The translations under genes and the position numbers were made by a program. The notes under the pieces are model-generated. The model searched no databases. It had not been told where the DNA came from and was given only the letters and a program-made list of their open reading frames with translations. From Eledone cirrhosa (Eukaryota), in the NCBI GenBank assembly GCA_964016885.1, contig OZ024740.1:18662001-18726000 (forward strand): a DNA stretch of 64,000 nt, in the 5' to 3' direction. Every line of letters begins with the position of its first letter. Positions within the stretch are counted from its first letter, which is position 1. Shown one piece after another: positions 45,001-57,946 of the stretch.

Positions 45001-48000
45001 CCAGTTGACCTATACTTAAGGGCTTCACTGATAGTGTTATGTGTGTTATAATGTCCCAGTTGACCTATACTAAAGGAGTTCACTGATAGGGTTATGTGTG
45101 ATATAATGTCCCAGTTGACCTATACTAAAGGACTTCACTGATAGGGTTATGTGTGTTATAATGTCCCAGTTGACCTATACTAAAGGACTTCACTGATAGG
45201 GTTATGTGTGTTATAATGTCCCAGTTGACCTATACTAAAGGGCTCCATTGATAGTGTTATGTGTGTTATAATGTCCCAGTTGACCTATACTAAAGGACTT
45301 CACTGATAGGGTTATGTGTGTTATAATGTCCCAGTTGACCTATACTTAAGGGCTTCACTGATAGGGTTATGTGTGTTATAATGTCCCAGTTGACCTATAC
45401 TTAAGGGCTTCACTGATAGTGTTATGTGTGTTATAATGTCCCAGTTGACCTATACTAAAGGACTTCACTGATAGGGTTATGTGTGTTATAATGTCCCAGT
45501 TGACCTATACTAAAGGACTTCACTGATAGTGTTATGTGTGTTATAATGTCCCAGTTGACCTATACTAAAGGACTTCACTGATAGGGTTATGTGTGTTATA
45601 ATGTCCCAGTTGACCTATACTAAAGGACTTCACTGATAGGGTTATGTGTGTTATAATGTCCCAGTTGACCTATACTAAAGGGCTCCATTGATAGTGTTAT
45701 GTGTGTTATAATGTCCCAGTTGACCTATACTAAAGGGCTCCATTGATAGTGTTATGTGTGTTATAATGTCCCAGTTGACCTATACTAAAGGACTTCACTG
45801 ATAGGGTTATGTGTGTTATAATGTCCCAGTTGACCTATACTAAAGGACTTCACTGATAGGGTTATGTGTGTTATAATGTCCCAGTTGACCTATACTAAAG
45901 GACTTCACTGATAGGGTTATGTGTGTTATAATGTCCCAGTTGACCTATACTAAAGGGCTCCATTGATAGTGTTATGTGTGTTATAATGTCCCAGTTGACC
46001 TATACTAAAGGACTTCACTGATAGGGTTATGTGTGTTATAATGTCCCAGTTGACCTATACTTAAGGGCTTCACTGATAGTGTTATGTGTGTTATAATGTC
46101 CCAGTTGACCTATACTAAAGGACTTCACTGATAGGGTTATGTGTGTTATAATGTCCCAGTTGACCTATACTAAAGGACTTCACTGATAGGGTTATGTGTG
46201 TTATAATGTCCCAGTTGACCTATACTAAAGGGCTCCATTGAAAGTGTTATGTGTGTTATAATGTCCCAGTTGACCTATACTAAAGGGCTCCATTGATAGT
46301 GTTATGTGTGTTATAATGTCCCAGTTGACCTATACTTAAGGGCTTCACTGATAGGGTTATGTGTGTTATAATGTCCCAGTTGACCTATACTTAAGGGCTT
46401 CACTGATAGTGTTATGTGTGTTATAATGTCCCAGTTGACCTATACTAAAGGACTTCACTGATAGGGTTATGTGTGTTATAATGTCCCAGTTGACCTATAC
46501 TAAAGGACTTCACTGATAGGGTTATGTGTGTTATAATGTCCCAGTTGACCTATACTAAAGGACTTCACTGATAGGGTTATGTGTGTTATAATGTCCCATT
46601 TGACCTATACTAAAGGGCTCCATTGATAGTGTTATGTGTGTTATAATGTCCCAGTTGACCTATACTAAAGGACTTCACTGATAGGTTATGTGTGTTATAA
46701 TGTCCCAGTTGACCTATACTAAAGGACTTCACTGATAGGGTTATGTGTGTTATAATGTCCCAGTTGACCTATACTAAAGGACTTCACTGATAGTGTTATG
46801 TGTGTTATAATGTCCCAGTTGACCTATACTAAAGGACTTCACTGATAGGGTTATGTGTGTTATAATGTCCCAGTTGACCTATACTAAAGGACTTCACTGA
46901 TAGGGTTATGTGTGTTATAATGTCCCAGTTGACCTATACTAAAGGGCTCCATTGATAGTGTTATGTGTGTTATAATGTCCCAGTTGACCTATACTAAAGG
47001 GCTCCATTGATAGTGTTATGTGTGTTATAATGTCCCAGTTGACCTATACTAAAGGACTTCACTGATAGGGTTATGTGTGTTATAATGTCCCAGTTGACCT
47101 ATACTAAAGGACTTCACTGATAGGGTTATGTGTGTTATAATGTCCCAGTTGACCTATACTAAAGGACTTCACTGATAGGGTTATGTGTGTTATAATGTCC
47201 CAGTTGACCTATACTAAAGGGCTCCATTGATAGTGTTATGTGTGTTATAATGTCCCAGTTGACCTATACTAAAGGGCTTCAATGATAGGGTTATGTGTGT
47301 TATAATGTCCCAGTTGACCTATTCTAAAGGACTTCACTGATAGGGTTATGTGTGTTATAATGTCCCAGTTGACCTATACTAAAGGACTTCACTGATAGGG
47401 TTATGTGTGTTATAATGTCCCAGTTGACCTATACTAAAGGACTTCACTTATAGGGTTATGTGTGTTATAATGTCCCAGTTGACCTATACTAAAGAGCTTC
47501 ACTGTTAGTGTTATGTGTGTTATAACGTCCCAGTTGACCTATACTAAAGGGCTTCACTGATAGTGTTATGTGTGTTATAATGTCCCAGTTGACCTATACT
47601 AAAGGACTTCACTGATAGTGTTATGTGTGTTATAATGTCCCAGTTGAACTATACTAAAAGACTTCACTGATAGGGTTATGTGTGTTATAATGTCCCAGTT
47701 GACCTATACTAAAGGGCTTCACTGATAGTGTTATGTGTGTTATAATTTCCCAGTTGACCTATACTAACGGGCTTCACTGATAGTGTTATGTGTGTTATAA
47801 TGTCCCAGTTGACCTATACTAATGGATTTAACTGATAGTGTCATGTGTGTTATAATGTTTCAGTTGACCTATACTAAAGGACTTCACTGATAGGGTTATG
47901 TGTTATAATGTCCCAGTTGACCTATACTAAAGGGCTTAACTGATAGGGTTATGTGTTATAATGTCCCAGTTGACCTATACTAAAGGGCTTCACTGATAGT

Positions 48001-51000
48001 GTTATGTGTGTTATAATGTCCCAGTTGACCTATACTAATGGATTTCACTGATAGTGTCATGTGTGTTATAATGTCCCAGTTCACCTATACTAAAGGGCTT
48101 CACTGATAGGGTTATGTGTGTTATAATGTCCCAGTTGACTTATACTAAAGGACTTCACTGATAGTGTTATGTGTTATAATGTCCCAGTTGACCTATACTA
48201 AAGGGCTTCACTGATAGTGTTATGTGTGTTATAATGTCCCAGTTGACCTATACTAAAGGACTTCACTGATAGGGTTATGTGTGTTATAATTTCCCAGTTG
48301 ACCTATACTAAAGGACTTCACTGATAGGGTTATGTGTGTTATAATGTCCCAGTTGACCTATACTAAAGGACTTCACTGATAGGGTTATGTGTGTTATAAT
48401 GTCCCAGTTGACCTATACTAAAGGGCTCCATTGATAGTGTTATGTGTGTTATAATGTCCCAGTTGACCTATACTAAAGGGCTTCACTGATAGGGTTATGT
48501 GTGTTATAATGTCCCAGTTGACCTATACTAAAGGACTTCACTGATAGGGTTATGTGTGTTATAATGTCCCAGTTGACCTATACTAAAGGACTTCACTGAT
48601 AGGGTTATGTGTGTTATAATGTCCCAGTTGACCTATACTAAAGGACTTCACTTATAGGGTTATGTGTGTTATAATGTCCCAGTTGACCTATACTAAAGGA
48701 CTTCACTGATAGGGTTATGTGTGTTATAATGTCCCAGTTGACCTATACTAAAGGGCTCCATTGATAGTGTTATGTGTGTTATAATGTCCCAGTTGACCTA
48801 TACTAAAGGACTTCACTGATAGGGTTATGTGTGTTATAATGTCCCAGTTGACCTATACTTAAGGGCTTCACTGATAGTGTTATGTGTGTTATAATGTCCC
48901 AGTTGACCTATACTAAAGGACTTCACTGATAGGGTTATGTGTGTTATAATGTCCCAGTTGACCTATACTAAAGGACTTCACTGATAGGGTTATGTGTGTT
49001 ATAATGTCCCAGTTGACCTATACTAAAGGGCTCCATTGATAGTGTTATGTGTGTTATAATGTCCCAGTTGACCTATACTAAAGGGCTCCATTGATAGTGT
49101 TATGTATGTTATAATGTCCCAGTTGACCTATACTTAAGGGCTTCACTGATAGGGTTATGTGTGTTATAATGTCCCAGTTGACCTATACTTAAGGGCTTCA
49201 CTGATAGTGTTATGTGTGTTATAATGTCCCAGTTGACCTATACTAAAGGACTTCACTGATAGGGTTATGTGTGTTATAATGTCCCAGTTGACCTATACTA
49301 AAGGACTTCACTGATAGGGTTATGTGTGTTATAATGTCCCAGTTGACCTATACTAAAGGACTTCACTGATAGGGTTATGTGTGTTATAATGTCCCAGTTG
49401 ACCTATACTAAAGGGCTCCATTGATAGTGTTATGTGTGTTATAATGTCCCAGTTGACCTATACTAAAGGACTTCACTGATAGGGTTATGTGTGTTATAAT
49501 GTCCCAGTTGACCTATACTAAAGGACTTCACTGATAGGGTTATGTGTGTTATAATGTCCCAGTTGACCTATACTAAAGGACTTCACTGATAGTGTTATGT
49601 GTGTTATAATGTCCCAGTTGACCTATACTAAAGGACTTCACTGATAGGGTTATGTGTGTTATAATGTCCCAGTTGACCTATACTAAAGGACTTCACTGAT
49701 AGGGTTATGTGTGTTATAATGTCCCAGTTGACCTATACTAAAGGGCTCCATTGATAGTGTTATGTGTGTTATAATGTCCCAGTTGACCTATACTAAAGGG
49801 CTCCATTGATAGTGTTATGTGTGTTATAATGTCCCAGTTGACCTATACTAAAGGACTTCACTGATAGGGTTATGTGTGTTATAATGTCCCAGTTGACCTA
49901 TACTAAAGGACTTCACTGATAGGGTTATGTGTGTTATAATGTCCCAGTTGACCTATACTAAAGGACTTCACTGATAGGGTTATGTGTGTTATAATGTCCC
50001 AGTTGACCTATACTAAAGGGCTCCATTGATAGTGTTATGTGTGTTATAATGTCCCAGTTGACCTATACTAAAGGGCTTCACTGATAGGGTTATGTGTGTT
50101 ATAATGTCCCAGTTGACCTATACTAAAGGACTTCACTGATAGGGTTATGTGTGTTATAATGTCCCAGTTGACCTATACTAAAGGACTTCACTGATAGGGT
50201 TATGTGTGTTATAATGTCCCAGTTGACCTATACTAAAGGACTTCACTTATAGGGTTATGTGTGTTATAATGTCCCAGTTGACCTATACTAAAGGGCTTCA
50301 CTGTTAGTGTTATGTGTGTTATAACGTCCCAGTTGACCTATACTAAAGGGCTTCACTGATAGTGTTATGTGTGTTATAATGTCCCAGTTGACCTATACTA
50401 AAGGACTTCACTGATAGTGTTATGTGTGTTATAATTTCGCAGTTGACCTATACTAATGGATTTAACTGATAGTGTCATGTGTGTTATAATGTTTCAGTTG
50501 ACCTATACTAAAGGACTTCACTGATAGGGTTATGTGTTATAATGTCCCAGTTGACCTATACTAAAGGGCTTAACTGATAGGGTTATGTGTTATAATGTCC
50601 CAGTTGACCTATACTAAAGGGCTTCACTGATAGTGTTATGTGTGTTATAATGTCCCAGTTGACCTATACTAATGGATTTCACTGATAGTGTCATGTGTGT
50701 TATAATGTCCCAGTTGACCTATACTAAAGGGCTTCACTGATAGGGTTATGTGTGTTATAATGTCCCAGTTGACTTATACTAAAGGACTTCACTGATAGTG
50801 TTATGTGTTATAATGTCCCAGTTGACCTATACTAAAGGGCTTCACTGATAGTGTTATGTGTGTTATAATGTCCCAGTTGACCTATACTAAAGGACTTCAC
50901 TGATAGGGTTATGTGTGTTATAATTTCCCAGTTGACCTATACTAAAAGGCTCCACTGATAGGCTTATGTGTGTTATAATGTCCCAGTTGACCTATACTAA

Positions 51001-54000
51001 AAGGCTCCACTGATAGGGTTATGTGTGTTATAATGTCCCAGTTGACTTATACTAAAGGACTTCACTGATAGGGTTATGTGTGTTATAATTTCCCAGTTGA
51101 CCTATACTAAAGGGCTTCACTGATAGGGTTATGTGTGTTATAATTTCCCAGTTGACCTATACTAAAGGACTTCACTAATAGGGTTATGTGTGTTATAATG
51201 TCCCAGTTGACCTATACTAAAGGACTTCACTGATAGGGTTATGTGTGTTATAATTTCCCAGTTGACCTATACTAAAGGACTTCACTGATAGGGTTATGTG
51301 TGTTATAATGTCCCAGTTGACCTATACTTAAGGGCTTCACTGATAGTGTTATGTGTGTTATAATGTCCCAGTTGACCTATACTAAAGGACTTCACTGATA
51401 GGGTTATGTGTGTTATAATGTCCCAGTTGACCTATACTAAAGGACTTCACTGATAGTGTTACGTCTGTTATAATGTCCCAGTTGACCTATACTAAAGGGC
51501 TCCATTGATAGTGTTATGTGTGTTATAATGTCCCAGTTGACCTATACTAAAGGACTTCACTGATAGGGTTATGTGTGTTATAATGTCCCAGTTGACCTAT
51601 ATTAAAGGACTTCACTGATAGGGTTATGTGTGTTATAATGACCCAGTTGACCTATACTAAAGGACTTCACTGATAGGGTTATGTGTGTTATAATGTCCCA
51701 GTTGACCTATACTTAAGGGCTTCACTGATGGTGTTATGTGTGTTATAATGTCCCAGTTGACCTATACTAAAGGACTTCACTGATAGGGTTATGTCTGTTA
51801 TAATGTCCCAGTTGACCTATACTAAAGGGCTTCACTGATAGTGTTATGTGTGTTATAATGTCCCAGTTGACCTATACTAAAGGACTTCACTGATAGGGTT
51901 ATGTGTGTTATAATGTCCCAGTTGACCTATACTAAATGACTTCACTGATAGGGTTATGTGTGTTATAATGTCCCAGTTGACCTATACTAAAGGACTTCAC
52001 TGATAGGGTTATGTGTGTTATAATGTCCCAGTTGACCTATACTAAAGGACTTCACTGATAGGGTTATGTGTGTTATAATGTCCCAGTTGACCTATACTAA
52101 AGGACTTCACTGATAGGGTTATGTGTGTTATAATGTCCCAGTTGACCTATACTAAAGGACTTCACTGATAGGGTTATGTGTGTTATAATTTCCCAGTTGA
52201 CCTATACTAAAGGACTTCACTGATAGTGTTATGTGTTATAATGTCCCAGTTGACCTATACTAAAGGGCTCCATTGATAGTGTTATGTGTGTTATAATGTC
52301 CCAGTTGACCTATACTAAAGGACTTCACTGATAGGGTTATGTGTGTTATAATGTCCCAGTTGACCTATACTAAAGGACTTCACTGATAGGGTTATGTGTG
52401 TTATAATGTCCCAGTTGACCTATACTAAAGGACTTCACTGATAGGGTTATGTGTGTTATAATGTCCCAGTTGACCTATACTAAAGGACTTCACTGATAGG
52501 GTTATGTGTGTTATAATGTCCCAGTTGACCTATACTAAAGGACTTCACTGATAGGGTTATGTGTGTTATAATGTCCCAGTTGACCTATACTAAAGGACTT
52601 CACTGATAGGGTTATGTGTTATAATGTCTCAGTTGACCTATACTAAAGGACTTCACTGATAGGGTTATGTGTTATAATGTCCCAGTTGACCTATACTAAA
52701 GGACTTCACTGATAGTGTTATGTGTGTTATAATGTCCCAGTTGACCTATACTTAAGGGCTTCACTCATAGTGTTATGTGTGTTATAATGTCCCAGTTGAC
52801 CTATACTAAAGGACTTCACTGATAGGGTTATGTGTATTATAATGTCCCAGTTGACCTATACTAAAGGACTTCACTGATAGGGTTATGTGTGTTATAATGT
52901 CCCAGTTGACCTATACTAAAGGATTTCACTGATAGTGTTATGTGTTATAATGTCCCAGTTGACCTATACTAAAGGACTTCACTGATAGGGTTATGTGTGT
53001 TATAATGTCCCAGTTGACCTATACTAAAGGGCTCCATTGATAGTGTTATGTGTGTTATAATGTCCCAGTTGACCTATACTAAAGGACTTCACTGATAGGG
53101 TTATGTGTGTTATAATGTCCCAGTTGACCTATACTTAAGGGCTTCACTGATAGTGTTATGTGTGTTATAATGTCCCAGTTGACCTATACTAAAGGACTTC
53201 ACTGATAGGGTTATGTGTATTATAATGTCCCAGTTGACCTATACTTAAGGGCTTCACTGATAGGGTTATGTGTGTTATAATGTCCCAGTTGACCTATACT
53301 TACGGGCTTCACTGATAGTGTTATGTGTGTTATAATGTCCCAGTTGACCTATACTAAAGGACTTCACTGATAGGGTTATGTGTGTTATAATGTCCCTGTT
53401 GACCTATACTAAAGGACTTCACTGATAGTGTTATGTGTGTTATAATATCCCAGTTGACCTATACTAAAGGACTTCACTGATAGGGTTATGTGTGTTATAA
53501 TGTCCCAGTTGACCTATACTAAAGGACTTCACTGATAGGGTTATGTGTGTTATAATGTCCCAGTTGACCTATACTAAAGGGCTCCATTGATAGTGTTATG
53601 TGTGTTATAATGTCCCAGTTGACCTATACTAAAGGGCTCCATTGATAGTGTTATGTGTGTTATAATGTCCCAGTTGACGTATACTTAAGGGCTTCACTGA
53701 TAGGGTTATGTGTGTTATAATGTCCCAGTTGACCTATACTTAAGGGCTTCACTGATAGTGTTATGTGTGTTATAATGTCCCAGTTGACCTATACTAAAGG
53801 ACTTCACTGATGGGGTTATGTGTGTTATAATGTCCCAGTTGACCTATACTAAAGGACTTCACTGATAGGGTTATGTGTGTTATAATGTCCCAGTTGACCT
53901 ATACTAAAGGACTTCACTGATAGGGTTATGTGTGTTATAATGTCCCAGTTGACCTATACTAAAGGGCTCCATTGATAGTGTTATGTGTGTTATAATGTCC

Positions 54001-55763
54001 CAGTTGACCTATACTAAAGGACTTCACTGATAGGGTTATGTGTGTTATAATGTCCCAGTTGACCTATACTTAAGGGCTTCACTGATAGTGTTATGTGTGT
54101 TATAATGTCCCAGTTGACCTATACTAAAGGACTTCACTGATAGGGTTATGTGTGTTATAATGTCCCAGTTGACCTATACTAAAGGACTTCACTGATAGGG
54201 TTATGTGTGTTACAATGTCCCAGTTGACCTATACTAAAGGGCTCCATTGATAGTGTTATGTGTGTTATAATGTCCCAGTTGACCTATACTAAAGGGCTCC
54301 ATTGATAGTGTTATGTGTGTTATAATGTCCCAGTTGACCTATACTTAAGGGCTTCACTGATAGGGTTATGTGTGTTATAATGTCCCAGTTGACCTATACT
54401 TAAGGGCTTCACTGATAGTGTTATGTGTGTTATAATGTCCCAGTTGACCTATACTAAAGGACTTCACTGATAGGGTTATGTGTGTTATAATGTTCCAGTT
54501 GACCTATACTAAAAGACTTCACTGATAGGGTTATGTGTGTTATAATGTCCAAGTTGACCTATACTAAAGGACTTCACTGATAGGGTTATGTGTGTTATAA
54601 TGTCCCAGTTGACCTATACTAAAGGGCTCCATTGATAGTGTTATGTGTGTTATAATGTCCCAGTTGACCTATACTAAAGGGCTTCACTGATAGGGTTATG
54701 TGTGTTATAATGTCCCAGTTGACCTATACTTAAGGGCTTCACTGATAGGGTTATGTGTGTTATAATGTCCCAGTTGACCTATACTTAAGGGCTTCACTGA
54801 TAGTGTTATGTGTGTTATAATGTCCCAGTTGACCTATACTAAAGGACTTCACTGATAGGGTTATGTGTGTTATAATGTCCCAGTTGACCTATACTAAAGG
54901 ACTTCACTGATAGTGTTATGTGTGTTATAATGTCCCAGTTGACCTATACTAAAGGACTTCACTGATAGGGTTATGTGTGTTATAATGTCCCAGTTGACCT
55001 ATACTAAAGGACTTCACTGATAGGGTTATGTGCGTTATAATGTCCCAGTTGACCTATACTAAAGGGCTCCATTGATAGTGTTATGTGTGTTATAATGTCC
55101 CAGTTGACCTATACTAAAGGGCTCCATTGATAGTGTTATGTGTGTTATAATGTCCCAGTTGACCTATACTAAAGGACTTCACTGATAGGGTTATGTGTGT
55201 TATAATGTCCCAGTTGACCTATACTAAAGGACTTCACTGATAGGGTTATGTGTGTTATAATGTCCCAGTTGACCTATACTAAAGGACTTCACTGATAGGG
55301 TTATGTGTGTTATAATGTCCCAGTTGACCTATACTAAAGGGCTCCATTGATAGTGTTATGTGTGTTATAATGTCCCAGTTGACCTATACTAAAGGGCTTC
55401 ACTGATAGGGTTATGTGTGTTATAATGTCCCAGTTGACCTATACTAAAGGACTTCACTGATAGGGTTATGTGTGTTATAATGTCCCAGTTGACCTATACT
55501 GAAGGACTTCACTTATAGGGTTATGTGTGTTATAATGTCCCAGTTGACCTATACTAAAGGGCTTCACTGATAGGGTTATGTGTGTTATAATGTCCCAGTT
55601 GACCTATACTTAAGGGCTTCACTGATAGGGTTATGTGTGTTATAATGTCCCAGTTGACCTATACTTAAGGGCTTCACTGATAGTGTTATGTGTTATAATG
55701 TCCCAGTTGACCTATACTAAAGGACTTCACTGATAGGGTTATGTGTGTTATAATTTCCCAGTT
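1..55763. repeat. Satellite DNA array, 55-bp monomer (consensus GTTATAATGTCCCAGTTGACCTATACTAAAGG[A/G]CTTCACTGATAG[G/T]GTTATGTGT), roughly 1,000 head-to-tail copies
   Basis: Seen: the monomer recurs every 55 bp (e.g. 61, 116, 171); 53-bp variants lack one TG. Single orientation, no unique spacers. Array runs off the left edge and ends at ...TTCCCAGTT 55763. Confidence 0.99.
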
Positions 55764-55836
55764 CCATGTTATGGAAAGAGGTTGTGGTGAATCTTTGGAA
55801 TAGTGCTTAATAATTATTAATGGCCCTAATAGTTGC

Positions 55837-55884
55837 TGGGGGATTGGGGGTGTGGGGGGTGTGGGGGGGGGGGGGGGGGGGGGG
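55837..55884 (+). repeat. G-tract cluster / poly-G (G-quadruplex-capable)
   Basis: Seen: GGGGGATTGGGGGTGTGGGGGGTGT followed by a run of about 22 G. Confidence 0.85.
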
Positions 55885-56162
55885 CTGAAACATTCTGAAA
55901 AATTAATCAGTGGGGAGCTGGGGTGACGGAGACGATACTTCGAGTCCCAAGAGTAGTAGTGAGTGAACTTTGTATTTATATCAACTAGTAAAAGTAACAG
56001 TGTAGTATATATAATTCGGTAAATGTTAGACAAACATAACGTTCGCTAGATTTCAATAGATTTGCTACGAAACAACTACAGGAGAAAGGCCAAGAACAAC
56101 ACTGGCAAATTTATCTAAACAGAATCCTCTCAGTTAATTAGTTCGGCCATATTGTTGAACAG

Positions 56163-56206
56163 CGGGAACTCTATTTAGATACTCTCAGTGAAACACGTGT
56201 ATTTCG
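56163..56206 (+). pseudogene. Degenerate hammerhead remnant (3' half recognisable)
   Basis: Seen: ACT-CTC-AGT hairpin, GAAA (56190-93), palindromic CACGTG, TA, then TTTCG that can pair with upstream CGGGA. No CUGANGA box. Confidence 0.4.
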
Positions 56207-56305
56207 ATAATGTATTGTTAATGTAATAAAATATTTTGCGCAATACAACTCTTCACCCGGATTGAGTGCTCTGCCTACTTGGATATTTATTATAAAATTC
56301 AACTA

Positions 56306-56338
<33 letters not shown>

Positions 56339-56344
<6 letters not shown>

Positions 56345-56626
56345 ATTATGTAATAAACAACATAAGACAATTATTCCATTTACCAAAGGTTTCACGAAGA
56401 CAGACGAGCCCAACAGAGACGTCTAAAATCGCTCATCAGAATGAAAATTTAATATGAACTTAAGATATGAATTTAAAAACAAAGGCGAACACAATTGAAA
56501 GCTAGACTGATATATAACCTTTGGTAAATGGAATAATTGTCTTATGTTGTTTATTACATAATTATATAGCTCTGTAGCATACATAGAGCACTCTCCTTTC
56601 CTTTACCCTTCCTACGGAAGCACTTC
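56339..56626. mobile_element. PLE pLTR-type insertion with 53-bp inverted arms (56339-56391 / 56516-56568) and a 3' tail to about 56626
   Basis: Seen: exact reverse-complement arms, HHR overlapping the left arm on the minus strand, TA-rich tracts on both sides. Confidence 0.8.
56377..56443 (-). ncRNA. Type I hammerhead ribozyme with extended stem II
   Basis: Minus strand: CATT-CTGATGA-GCGA..AGACG..CGTCT..TCGT-GAAA-CCTTTGG-TA-AATG. Both core boxes and stems I-III present. Confidence 0.8.
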
Positions 56627-56677
56627 ATATATATATGTGTGTGTGTATGTATATATATATGTATATATATATATATA

Positions 56678-57331
56678 AAAATACCTATACAACAACTTAG
56701 AACAACCTAAGGAAGAAGAAACCAAGAACTGGTCATACCATTTATAATGACACACAACCCATGTCACCAGAATATCTTCAACACTGCCAAAGCAAACCTA
56801 CCGATCATTGCTCAAAGTAATGAATTAAAAGGCTTAATCACAGATCGATCTTTGACTCTTAGTAAAAGACAGCCAAAAAATTTGAAGCAATTACTAACAA
56901 AAGCAAAGTTTGACCTTAACAACAAAGACCAATCATTCACTGTATCTAAATGCAATGATAGTCGATGCGGCACATGTCAATCCATACACGCCGGTCAATA
57001 TATGAAAACAAAAACTGGAAAAATATTCCCAAATGCAAATATGAACTGCAAAAGCAGAAATCTAATTTACTGCATTAAATGCCCGAATTGTGAAGAACTA
57101 TATGTCGGTCAAACTGGAAATGCACTATCGGAACGTGCACGGGTACACCGTCAACAAATCAGAGACCCAAATGTCCGTCAGATACCCCTAAGCAACCACC
57201 TAGCAACATGTGGTCAGGGAATATTTATAATATTCCCATTCTACAAATTACACAGCCCAAGTGAAATCAAGAGAAAAATCAAAGAAAAGAATTTTATTGA
57301 TAAATTTAAACCCAAGCTAAATGAACAATAA
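56678..57331 (+). pseudogene. C-terminal fragment of a PLE polyprotein (Cys-rich linker plus GIY-YIG endonuclease); RT domain absent
   Basis: ORF 56747-57331 has CNDSRCGTC, NLIYCIKCPNC..LYVGQT, ERARVH, SNHL, KIKEKNFIDKFKPKLN. The same frame continues upstream as KIPIQQLRTT*GRRNQELVIPFI with an in-frame TAA at 56708-56710, so the ATG at 56747 is internal. Confidence 0.9.
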
Positions 57332-57377
57332 TAACGCTTAGGGGTATTACTTCTACTACCACTATGACCACGACCAC

Positions 57378-57421
57378 TAACAACAACAACAACAACAACA
57401 ACAACAATAATAATAATAATA
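57378..57421 (+). repeat. (AAC)n(AAT)n compound microsatellite in the PLE 3' UTR
   Basis: Seen directly. Confidence 0.95.
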
Positions 57422-57507
57422 AAAGTGATGTTGATGGTGATGATTAATAGAAAATGCTATTTTCATCATTTCTAAAAATAGCAAAACAATTGATGCTTTG
57501 GATATGA

Positions 57508-57645
57508 TTATTGGTCGTTAGCATGCTCAACCAGCCGTGACGCTTAAACCAATCAGCTTTAGTAATTCAGTGAAACTACACACTGATTGGTCGAAATACA
57601 GTTTACAGGGCTTAGCATTCTGGAGCCACTTTTCTCTGTATAAAA
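57508..57645 (+). promoter_or_regulatory. Putative pLTR Pol II promoter: three CCAAT/ATTGG boxes and TATAAAA
   Basis: ATTGG near 57510 and 57586, CCAAT near 57549, TATAAAA at 57639, about 80 nt upstream of the HHR. Similar module at 61009-61068. Function inferred. Confidence 0.55.
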
Positions 57646-57717
57646 TGTATAAAAGGTAGGAAATTTACCCATCTCTTTACAGTTGAAAAATGCAAACTCG
57701 ACTGTCACCACATATCA

Positions 57718-57756
57718 TGAACCTGAAGATTGCGAAAGCATGAAAGTACTTGTTCA
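57718..57756 (+). ncRNA. Minimal type I hammerhead ribozyme of the PLE pLTR
   Basis: TGAAC-CTGAAGA-T TGC GAAA GCA T-GAAA-GTAC-TT-GTTCA: 5-bp stem I, GNRA-capped stem II, palindromic stem III. Confidence 0.92.
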
Positions 57757-57946
57757 ATTAACACTTAGAATTTAATATTCTATCATACTATTTCATTATA
57801 ATACCATTATATATTTTAAAGGATTGTAAATAAAACGAGTAAATCAGACAAAGTTTGAATTCCTCTTATTAATATAATCTTCTATACACAATCATACACA
57901 CCCGTGTATATTTACCTATCTATATATATATATATATATATATACA

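Larger units (their letters stand above)
56677..57918 (+). mobile_element. 5'-truncated Penelope-like retroelement (probably Neptune-type): linker, GIY-YIG endonuclease, 3' pLTR with hammerhead
   Basis: Seen: GIY-YIG ORF, then CCAAT/TATA motifs and a minimal HHR, bounded by (TA)n. A C-terminal GIY-YIG preceded by a Cys-rich linker matches known PLE architecture. Right boundary approximate. Confidence 0.88.

Noticed and set aside
1-55763. CRISPR-like array
   Set aside because: No unique spacers, whole monomer repeated, no cas genes, eukaryotic context.
55686-56033. 115-aa minus-strand ORF with poly-Pro
   Set aside because: Product of the poly-G tract and satellite end; no domain.
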